Shown here piece after piece: positions 1 to 7,800 of a stretch of 64,000 bases of DNA (positions are counted from its first letter, which is position 1; the number at the start of each line of letters is the position of its first letter). Source of the DNA: an uncultured Clostridia bacterium (lineage in GTDB: Bacteria > Bacillota > Clostridia > Christensenellales > UBA1242). The DNA is taken from NCBI GenBank assembly GCA_944384465.1, contig CALWTK010000005.1:87-64086 (forward strand). The letters run 5' to 3'. The notes under the pieces are model-generated. The model saw only the letters and a program-made list of their open reading frames with translations. It made no database searches and was not told the origin of the DNA. The position numbers and the translations under genes were made by a program.

Positions 1-86
1 GGGAGTCCTAATAGACATCGCACATCAAATGATTATCTATTAGTTGGAGTTATTCTAAATATAGTGCCACGATGCTCGTGATGTGC
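1..86. repeat. direct repeat copy A (orphan copy of the MBL gene 3' end)
   Basis: 82/86 identical to 185-270; mismatches at offsets 6, 22, 39 and 44. It starts at the window edge, so its true left boundary is unknown. Confidence 0.9.
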
Positions 87-184
87 ACGGAATAAATTAC
101 ACTCATATAGGAATGCAACAAAAGATTGCATTCACAAATTATTCGTTTATTTATTCCTTTATCCCATTTCGCAAGTCTGCTCAT

Positions 185-270
185 GGGAGCCCTAATAGAC
201 ATCGCGCATCAAATGATTATTTATTGGTTGGAGTTATTCTAAATATAGTGCCACGATGCTCGTGATGTGC
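185..270. repeat. direct repeat copy B (functional 3' end of CDS 217-1014)
   Basis: It contains the last 17 codons, the stop codon (217-219) and 32 nt of 3' flank of the MBL-hydrolase gene. Confidence 0.9.
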
Positions 271-278
271 GATGTCTA
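196..278. repeat. 15-bp inverted repeat enclosing the MBL stop codon
   Basis: 196-210 TAGACATCGCGCATC pairs with 264-278 GATGTGCGATGTCTA (one G.T). The loop is 53 nt. Confidence 0.8.
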
Positions 279-1014
279 GGCGAATGTTGACATTTGGTAT
301 TATATTTTTGCTCTCCAAATAGTTAGCTACAGTAGACACCGCCAGATTTGTTGTGTTGCTATGCTCGCTGATGTGAGACAAAACTACCAATCTGGTCCCT
401 GAATGGACTAGTCGCTCTATGGCTTTCGCACAATTTAGATTTGACAAATGACCTTTTGGTCCATTTATTCTGCGTTTTAAAAATGGAGGGTAGTTTGGGT
501 ACGACATCAACATCTCAGGATCGTAATTGGATTCTAGATACACTAATGCACTAGATTTGATTGCTTCAAAGGTTTCATCGCTAAAATAGCCTAGGTCAGT
601 ACATACAGACACTACGGCATCACCTTCTTCAACCCTATATCCAACGCAAAATTTGCTGTCATGAGGTAGAGGGAAAGGTTGGATATGTAAATCTCCTATA
701 TAAAAATCTGTATCAAAAAAATAAAATTGTTCGGGGTCAATATGTATTTGATTTTTAATAATTTCTGTTAAATATAAGTGGGCGTAAATTTTTGTCTTGT
801 AAGTTCGGGCGAATTTTTCAATGCCTTTTATGTGGTCGCTATGTTCATGGGTGATGAGTATGGCGTCAATGGACTCCAATGCTACTCCCAATTCGTTGAG
901 AACGTTAAAAATATATGATAAGGGTTTTCCGTTATCAATCAATATCTTTGTATTTTCACTTTCTATAAAAGTGCAATTTCCACTGCTTCCACTAGCTAGA
1001 TTACATACACGCAT
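217..1014 (-). CDS. MBL-fold metallo-hydrolase (YycJ/WalJ-like)
   Basis: 265-aa ORF. It has the beta-lactamase-fold metal motif THEHSDH (HxHxDH) and the N-terminal 'LASGSSGNC' typical of YycJ-type hydrolases. Confidence 0.85.
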   Translation of the reverse strand: MRVCNLASGSSGNCTFIESENTKILIDNGKPLSYIFNVLNELGVALESIDAILITHEHSDHIKGIEKFARTYKTKIYAHLYLTEIIKNQIHIDPEQFYFFDTDFYIGDLHIQPFPLPHDSKFCVGYRVEEGDAVVSVCTDLGYFSDETFEAIKSSALVYLESNYDPEMLMSYPNYPPFLKRRINGPKGHLSNLNCAKAIERLVHSGTRLVVLSHISEHSNTTNLAVSTVANYLESKNIIPNVNIRLDIAHHEHRGTIFRITPTNK

Positions 1015-1020
1015 GCTTGC

Positions 1021-1049
1021 ATTTTAGCAAATTTTTTTTGTTTTTGCAA
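1021..1049 (-). promoter_or_regulatory. sigma-A-type promoter of the MBL-hydrolase gene (leaderless configuration)
   Basis: On the minus strand: TTGCAA (1049-1044), 17 nt, TGc-TAAAAT (1026-1021), then 6 nt (GCAAGC), then ATG at 1014. There is no SD. Confidence 0.65.
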
Positions 1050-1155
1050 TATTTTTGTAAGTATTGACCTTTTGTTAAGAAACAAGTTTAGTTTACGTAA
1101 TCAATTTGTGGTTCTATAGAACTGATTTGAGTCATATTTCATATTGATATTTTTC

Positions 1156-1184
1156 TTGACATGAAATGCTTTCTTTGGTAAAAT
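1156..1184 (+). promoter_or_regulatory. sigma-A-type promoter upstream of the hflX leader
   Basis: TTGACA (1156-1161), 17 nt, TAAAAT (1179-1184). Confidence 0.65.
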
Positions 1185-1206
1185 AAATTCGGTATGGAGG
1201 TGTGAG

Positions 1207-1236
1207 ATGAGCAATTTAGATAATCTCACAATGTAG
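1207..1236 (+). promoter_or_regulatory. candidate 9-codon leader uORF (MSNLDNLTM*)
   Basis: GGAGG (1196-1200) lies 6 nt before the ATG at 1207. The uORF spans an 8-bp hairpin (1201-1208 / 1223-1230) and ends at TAG 1234-1236. It is 230 nt upstream of hflX. Confidence 0.35.
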
Positions 1237-1466
1237 CATTAATTTTTTATTAAATATTTTGTGAATTTAAATAAAAATAAAGAAAGTAAAATAAATAAAA
1301 ATTTTAAAAAACTTAAAATTTAATTAAAAAATGTAATATTTTAACGCTAATTCAACAAAATTTCGTTAAATTTTAAAAAAATAATATTTATGCTTTTCAA
1401 CTTTCTTTTAAAAATGTTTACATTGTGAAAAAACAAAAAATCTGAAAAAAAAGGAGAGTTGAGTAT

Positions 1467-2558
1467 ATGAAAAATAATCAAATAGAAATTGAAAGAGAGA
1501 GTGCGTATTTAGTCTGTCCGTATCAAAATTCAGTGGACGCAGAATACAGGGCAAAGGAATTGGAATTGTTAAGTAAATCTGCACTTTTGGATGTTGTGAA
1601 ATGCAATATGTTTCAACCAAAGGAGATAAACGCTAGGACATATATAGGCATCGGCAAAGTCGAGGAGATTCGAGACGAAGTGCAAGAATTGGGCATAGAT
1701 GTTGTGATATTCGATTGTCCTTTGTCTGGCTCTCAACTTAGAAATATTTGCGAGATAATTGGCGTGAAGACTATTGATAGGACCATGCTTATTTTGGACA
1801 TCTTCGCGGGGAGAGCTAAGTCTAATGAAGGTAAATTGCAAGTGCAGCTAGCTCAACTAAAATATTCGCTTCCAAGGTTAGCGACATTGAGCATGAACGA
1901 TAGAACTTCAGGTTCAGGCGTTGGTATGCGTGGTGCGGGAGAAAAGAAAATTGAATTGGATAGAAGAAAAATTCAGGAAGACATCTCAAAGTTAGAGCGA
2001 GAAGTGAAAGAAATTCAAAAACATAGACAGACTACCAGAAAGCAAAGGTTGTCCAGAATGAAGAGCGTGGCGTTGGTGGGATACACGAACGCGGGTAAAT
2101 CTACTTTGATGAATTGCTTTACAAAGGCAGATACTTATGCTGATGACAGATTGTTTGCGACCCTTGATGTCTTGACTAAAAAGGTTTGGGACAAAGGGGT
2201 TGAATATGTCTTGATTGATACGGTTGGCTTTGTCAGCAATCTACCACACGAATTGGTGTATGCCTTTTCCGCCACCTTGGAAGAAACTGTGGACGCAAAT
2301 GTCTTGGTGTTGGTTGTAGATGCGAGCGACCCGCACAAGTACGAACAAATTGAAGTCGTTGAAACAGAATTGAAACGCTTAGATATTGATTTGAACAAAG
2401 TCATTTTAGTTTATAACAAAATAGATAAATTGAGTGAAAACGAATTACAAAATTTAAAGAAATACACTTATGATACTTGTTTTGTGGGGGCAAAAACAGG
2501 GAAGAACATCGAAATCTTGAAAGAAAAGATTAGAGAAAAATTGGAATCGTTTAGTTAA
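1467..2558 (+). CDS. hflX: GTPase HflX
   Basis: 363-aa ORF with an HflX N-domain, then G1 'GYTNAGKST', G3 'DTVGF' and G4 'NKID'. SD AAGGAGAG lies upstream of the ATG. Confidence 0.9.
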   Translation: MKNNQIEIERESAYLVCPYQNSVDAEYRAKELELLSKSALLDVVKCNMFQPKEINARTYIGIGKVEEIRDEVQELGIDVVIFDCPLSGSQLRNICEIIGVKTIDRTMLILDIFAGRAKSNEGKLQVQLAQLKYSLPRLATLSMNDRTSGSGVGMRGAGEKKIELDRRKIQEDISKLEREVKEIQKHRQTTRKQRLSRMKSVALVGYTNAGKSTLMNCFTKADTYADDRLFATLDVLTKKVWDKGVEYVLIDTVGFVSNLPHELVYAFSATLEETVDANVLVLVVDASDPHKYEQIEVVETELKRLDIDLNKVILVYNKIDKLSENELQNLKKYTYDTCFVGAKTGKNIEILKEKIREKLESFS

Positions 2559-2622
2559 TTATTGCCAATATTAATTTAATCGTTATTATCTAAAATTTAT
2601 TTAAACACTGGGAGAATAAAGA

Positions 2623-3204
2623 ATGTTTAATCTAACTGAAGAATTAATGAAATATAGACCTTTTGATGATAAAGAAAAAAGAGATGTGGAAATCACATTA
2701 TCGTTTTTAAAAGAGAATAATAATTGTTTTGATAGATCTAATCTTAAAGGACATGTGACGGCTGGTGCGTTTATTGCTGATAAAAAAGGGAATATTTTAT
2801 TAAATCACCATAAAAAATCTAATATGTGGTTTCAGTTTGGTGGGCATTGCGATGGAGAGAGTGATTGTTTGAATGTGGCAAAAAGAGAAGTCTTGGAAGA
2901 AACGGGACTTGAAGATTTTACAATAACATCAAATTCAATTTTTGATGTGGGGATAGCTCACATACCAGATAACGCAAAAAGAAGCGAACCAGAACATTTG
3001 CATTATGATATTAATTTTTTATTTATAGTAGATGCCCATAATTATGTGATTTCAAATGAATCTTTGGATATAAAATGGGTGACTATAGATGAGGCTTTGA
3101 AACTGGTAAATAAAGATGATTATAGTATGTTACGTATGATAAAAAAATACAAATATTTATTAGATGAAAAAATATTGTCTAGTTATGATGAATTAAACTG
3201 GTAA
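2623..3204 (+). CDS. Nudix hydrolase
   Basis: 193-aa ORF. Nudix box 'GGHCDGESDCLNVAKREVLEETGL' matches GX5EX7REUXEEXGU. Confidence 0.8.
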   Translation: MFNLTEELMKYRPFDDKEKRDVEITLSFLKENNNCFDRSNLKGHVTAGAFIADKKGNILLNHHKKSNMWFQFGGHCDGESDCLNVAKREVLEETGLEDFTITSNSIFDVGIAHIPDNAKRSEPEHLHYDINFLFIVDAHNYVISNESLDIKWVTIDEALKLVNKDDYSMLRMIKKYKYLLDEKILSSYDELNW

Positions 3205-3334
3205 GTCTAATTAAATTATTAAGCTATTTTAATTATAAGTAGTTTTAATTTGTATAAAGTGTGGTAATAGAAAAAATATTATTCAAATATGTTTATTTTG
3301 TAACATTTTTTCTCTTTGGGCGTAAGATGTAGTA

Positions 3335-3376
3335 TACAAAAGATGTCTTAAGGTACCGATGATAAAGACTTTTGTA
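3335..3376 (+). other. leader hairpin upstream of the Cys-rich peptide gene
   Basis: TACAAAAG(atg)TCTT pairs with AAGACTTTTGTA (12 bp plus a 3-nt bulge, 15-nt loop), about 40 nt upstream of the ATG. Confidence 0.5.
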
Positions 3377-3414
3377 GTACATATTGAATTTTTTAAAATA
3401 CGTTAGGAGGAATT

Positions 3415-3621
3415 ATGTTTAATAAATTCTTTGGCGGCAACGATTGTGGTTGTAACGATGGTTGCAATAGTGGTTGCGGTTGCAATGATTGCACTTGGAT
3501 AATAATCTTAATATTGATTTTATGTAATTGTGGTTGCAAAGTTGACCCTTGCTTACTTATAATCATCTTACTCATCCTATGCGGCTGTGGCTCATGCGGT
3601 AAAAAAGATTTTAATTGTTAG
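3415..3621 (+). CDS. tiny Cys-rich double-TM peptide (resembles YjcZ / tiny-TM sporulation peptides)
   Basis: 68 aa with 14 Cys. Two I/L-only hydrophobic runs (IIILILIL, LLIIILLIL) are each flanked by CGC/CNC clusters. A perfect SD AGGAGG lies 6 nt upstream of the ATG. The family assignment is from memory only. Confidence 0.5.
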   Translation: MFNKFFGGNDCGCNDGCNSGCGCNDCTWIIILILILCNCGCKVDPCLLIIILLILCGCGSCGKKDFNC

Positions 3622-3705
3622 TAAGCCGCATAGGTAAGACCACTGAGACGAAAGTCGAAAGTGGTAGAGGAGCAATCATGAAAAGGCGAGTGTTGCGTAA
3701 GCAAC
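3576..3705 (+). other. hairpin-rich region spanning the stop codon and 3' UTR of the Cys-rich peptide gene
   Basis: 10-bp inverted repeat CCTATGCGGC (3576-3585) / GCCGCATAGG (3625-3634). Hairpin ACCACT..GAC-GAAA-GTC..AGTGGT (3639-3665). Hairpin GTTGC-GTAA-GCAAC (3692-3705). Two loops are GNRA. Confidence 0.4.
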
Positions 3706-3768
3706 AGAGCAAAGGAATGAATTGCGACTCAAAAAAAATCTTAAATAAAAAAAGTGGTTTAATTATTA

Positions 3769-3795
3769 AAAGAGGTGTACACCTCTTTTTTATTT
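3769..3795 (+). terminator. Rho-independent terminator
   Basis: AAAGAGGT-GTAC-ACCTCTTT stem followed by a T-run. Confidence 0.8.
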
Positions 3796-3800
3796 TGTTA

Positions 3801-3829
3801 TTGACAAATTATGAGTATTGTTATAAAAT
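3801..3829 (+). promoter_or_regulatory. sigma-A-type promoter
   Basis: TTGACA (3801-3806), 17 nt, TAAAAT (3824-3829), upstream of the CDS at 3912. Confidence 0.65.
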
Positions 3830-3911
3830 TATCAATATAGTTTGTGATATAGAAACATTGTATATAAAATGTGTGTGTGATATATAACAATAAAAAAACA
3901 AGGCGGGTAGT

Positions 3912-4628
3912 GTGAAAAAAGTTAGGGTAAAAATAGGGACTGAAAAAGTAGATTTTATCAACGAAAAACTGAAAAAAGTGCCAAGATATTTTGATTTGAC
4001 GCATAAAAAAGTAAAAGAAATTAGTTATAACTACAATATCATTATTAATGAATTTAATTATTTTAGGCTTACAATGCAAGGAGGAAATCTATCTCAGGTT
4101 TTTGACAATCATGAGAAAGCATTGAAAACAATGAATGTTTTGACTAATTCGGATAAATTTACTATGATTTTTGCTAATCATCTTTCCATATTAAGAGTCT
4201 ACTTATATAAAATATGGGAAACGGACAAAGTGAATTTTGAAAATGCGAAATTGTGGCAAGATAGATTGGCATTTTTACGAAAATCATTTTATGTGTTTAC
4301 CGAGTTTTTCTTATTTAGAAGTCGCTATAAAATTAATTTTAAAGAATGTCATAGTAGTGAAGCTGAATTTATGGGTTGGTTAGATGAAAATGTTACATTG
4401 CCAGCAGAAAATAGGCATCTTAGGTTGATCGCAAGAATTAAAGACTACGAAGAATTAGCAAAAATATTGAATACTTTCCTTGACAATTATGACAACATAA
4501 TGACAATAGATGAGTATACAAGCAAGCCTGAAATATTACAAATGTTAAAGAATTTGAACTTTGAACATATGATTGTACAATCAGTTGATCCGTTTGAGAT
4601 TGATGATTGTTTGACAAATAATGACTAA
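3912..4628 (+). CDS. hypothetical protein
   Basis: 238-aa ORF with a GTG start and a weak SD (GGCGGG). It has its own TTGACA-17-TAAAAT promoter at 3801-3829. No motif recognised. Confidence 0.5.
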   Translation: MKKVRVKIGTEKVDFINEKLKKVPRYFDLTHKKVKEISYNYNIIINEFNYFRLTMQGGNLSQVFDNHEKALKTMNVLTNSDKFTMIFANHLSILRVYLYKIWETDKVNFENAKLWQDRLAFLRKSFYVFTEFFLFRSRYKINFKECHSSEAEFMGWLDENVTLPAENRHLRLIARIKDYEELAKILNTFLDNYDNIMTIDEYTSKPEILQMLKNLNFEHMIVQSVDPFEIDDCLTNND

Positions 4629-4697
4629 AATTCCGTAGATTGCTGTTTAATTGCTATCGATGTGGATAAAATTTATAAAAATCTTTATAAAATTCTA

Positions 4698-4726
4698 TTG
4701 ACATTAATTGAACGTTGTGTTAAACT
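4698..4726 (+). promoter_or_regulatory. rpoB-rpoC promoter
   Basis: TTGACA (4698-4703), 17 nt, TAAACT (4721-4726), about 90 nt upstream of rpoB. Confidence 0.6.
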
Positions 4727-4816
4727 CAACTAGTATGAATAATAGTCGCTAGATGGTGGAATGCTAGATTTTAACCTATTTTATAGCGATATTACAACTG
4801 AATAAGGAGTTAATGA

Positions 4817-7800
4817 ATGGATTCAAAAACACTCAATATTAAAAAAATCAAACAAGGGAAGGCAGAAAGATACAGTTTTTCAAAAATAGATGTCCCTTAT
4901 GAAATGCCAGATTTACTAAGTATTCAAAAGGACTCTTACAAAGTTTTCCTGGAAGAAGATATTGGTGATATATTGAACGAATTCAACCCTATTATAGACT
5001 ACTCAAACAAAGCTGAGTTGTCTTTTTTGGGTTATACGATCGATAGAACACCTAAATATTCTTGGGCTGAATGTAAACGTAGACAGACAAGTTATACCGT
5101 TCCATTGAAAGTAAATGTTCGTCTTCTAGTGAAAGAGACTGGTCAAATCATGGACCAGGAAGTTTTCATGGGCGATATTCCATATATGTCAAATGATGGA
5201 GCTTTCATTTGCAATGGAGTTGAACGTGTAATTTTGAATCAGCTTGTAAAAGCTCCTGGCGTCATCTTTGGCGAAGAGATCAATAAATATGGTCGAAAAG
5301 AATTTAATGGTGCTATTCAACCAAGTTATGGTATGTGGATACAGACTGAACAAGCTCCTGGGGATATGTTGAGAGTGGTCGCTGACCGCAAATTCAAGAT
5401 GAGTTTGGGTGTATTGTTGAAATGTTTTGGCTATACCAACGAAGATATGTTGGAGATTTTTGCCAATCATCCATTCATCAAAAATACTCTTGAGAAAGAA
5501 CCTCAAATCACTCAAGAAGACGCTTTGGTAGAATTCGGTAGAAGGACTAGACCGGGTGAAATTCCTAATCCTGAGAACACTTTGTCCTATATAAATGATA
5601 GATTCTTCAACCCACAACACTACAATTTTGAAAAGGTTGGTAGATTTAAAACTAATAAAAAATTGGCTCTTGCTAACCGTATAACTAACCAAATCGCTGC
5701 GGAAGATGTAAAATTAGGCAAGAAAGTATTTGTTTCAAAGGGCGAATTGATCACGAAAGATGTCGCTTGGGCAATACAGAATGCTGGTATCAACTCAGTA
5801 GACGTTGCTGTAGATGACAAGGTTGTTCGTGTGGTTGGTAACAAACGTGTTGATTTGAAAGCATATGCAAAATTGAATCCTGAAGAATTCAAGATAACAG
5901 AATTAGTCTATCTTCCACTTTTGCAACAATTAATGAAAGAAAACAAAGATGATGAGGAAGCTTTGAAAAATGCAATCAGAGCAAATGCTAGAAAACTAGA
6001 AGATTTCCAAATCACTCTTGACGATATGGTCGCTACAATCAGTTATCATTTGAATTTGATTGACGGACTGGGAGAGACTGATGAAATAGATAACCTTTCC
6101 ATGAGAAGAGTGTCAACAGCAGGCGAATTGTTGAAAAAAGAATTCCGTTCCGGTATGGGCAAACTTCAAACTCAAGTTCGTGAAGCGTTGCAGAGCCGTG
6201 ACTTGACAGATGTCACCCCTAGCCAAATCGTAAATGCTAGACATATCAACAAAGCGTTCAAAGAATTTATGGCAACTAGCCAATTGAGTTCACTTATGGA
6301 CCAAATCAACCCAGACGCGAGCGTTCGTAACAAACGTCGTCTATCTTCTTTTGGTCCTGGCGGTGTCAAGAAAGAGCGTGCCACTGCAGAAGTGCGTGAT
6401 ATTAACCCTTCACATTATGGGCGTATCTGTATGGTTGAGACTCCAGAAGGACAACCTATTGGTTTGGTTACATCTCTTGCTGCTTATGCACGTGTGAATA
6501 GATATGGATTCATTGAAACTCCTTATAGAAAAGTTGACCCTAAGACGCGCAAAATTACAGATGAAGTAGTGTATTTGATGGCGGATGAAGAACGTGATCA
6601 TTATATTGCACAATCTAAAATACCTACTGATGAAAATAAAGTTATCCTAGATGGTTATGTAGAATGCCGTCATGGTGGGCAGACTGAGCGTGTTGACGCA
6701 AGTTTGATTGACATGGTAGACTTGAGTCCTAAACAATTGCTGTCTGTCGGTGCTAGTTTGATCCCATTTGTTGAGTATTGTTCTGGTAACCGTGCGTTGA
6801 TGGGTACAAACATGCAGTGTCAATCTGTTCCTTTGATCAGGGGTGAGAGCCCAATCGTAGGTACTGGTATCGAACACAAATTAGCTGTAGACTCTGGTGT
6901 CATGATATTGGCAGAGCAAGACGGCGTATGTAAATATGTCTCAGCAGATTATATCACTATGGAATACGCTGACGGGAGCATAGTAAATCACAGATTGCGT
7001 AAATTTGAGCGTACTAACCAAAAGACATGCTTCAACCAAAAACCTATTGTCAAAAAGGGCGAGAAGGTCAAAAAAGGTGATGTGCTTGCTGATGGTGTTT
7101 CTACAGATAAGGGTGAAGTGGCGCTTGGTAAGAATATGACAGTCGCTTTCATGAACTGGGAAGGATACAACTACGAAGACGCTATCTTAATTAACCAAAG
7201 GATAGTAAATGAAGATGCATTTACATCAATCACCATTCAACAAGTGAAGACGGAAGCACGTACAACAAAACTTGGAGATGAAGAGATCACTCGTGATATT
7301 GCTGGAGTTGGTGAAGAAGCGTTGAAGAACTTGGACGAAAACGGTATTGTACGTATCGGTACCGAAGTTAAACGTGGGGATATTCTAGTAGGTAAAGTTA
7401 CTCCAAAAGGAGAAACTGACCTAACTCCAGAAGAGAGATTGTTGAAAGCAATTTTTGGCGAGAAGACAAAAGATGTTAAAAATACATCTTTGAAGGTAAA
7501 ACCGGGTGAAGAAGGCGTCGTAGTCGGCATTGAAGTGCTGTCAAGAAAGAACAAAGATGAACTTGACGCTGGCGTAAATGTGATGGTAAAAGTATACATT
7601 GCACAAAAACGTATCTTGCAAGTCGGGGATAAATTGGCTGGACGTTATGGTAACAAGGGCGTTATTTCAGTAGTATTGCCTGAAAGTGATATGCCTTATA
7701 TGCCTAATGGCGAGACGGTGGACATTGTGTTGAACCCACTAGGCATTCCATCTCGTATGAACCTAGGCCAGTTGATGGAATTGCACTTGGGTTGGGCTGC

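Noticed and set aside
83-265. 60-aa + strand ORF spanning the spacer and the second repeat copy.
   Set aside because: It is created by reading across the 86-bp duplication and the antisense strand of the MBL gene 3' end. It has no SD and no recognisable motif.
1297-1343. Similarity between AT-rich intergenic stretches 1297-1343 and 39036-39082 (shared 16-mer TTTAATTAAAAAATGT, about 80% identity over ~46 nt). Looser resemblance to 12130-12280, 23520-23580, 42300-42420, 43440-43520 and 63880-63930.
   Set aside because: The sequence is extremely low-complexity A/T, so chance matches are likely. There are no clear boundaries, terminal repeats or target duplications. It needs a genome-wide repeat search before it can be called an element.
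3639-3665. A CTGAGA motif that suggested a TPP (THI-box) riboswitch.
   Set aside because: The other conserved THI-box elements (the GGGG...ACCC pairing and the CUGAUCUGGAUAAUGCCAGCG-like arm) are absent. The element also lies 3' of a gene, not 5' of one.
3615-3887. 90-aa ORF (or a shorter version from ATG 3678 with a GAGGAG SD) downstream of the Cys-rich peptide.
   Set aside because: It reads straight through a strong Rho-independent terminator (3769-3795) and the next gene's promoter. Its composition looks non-coding. I treated the region as structured RNA or UTR instead.
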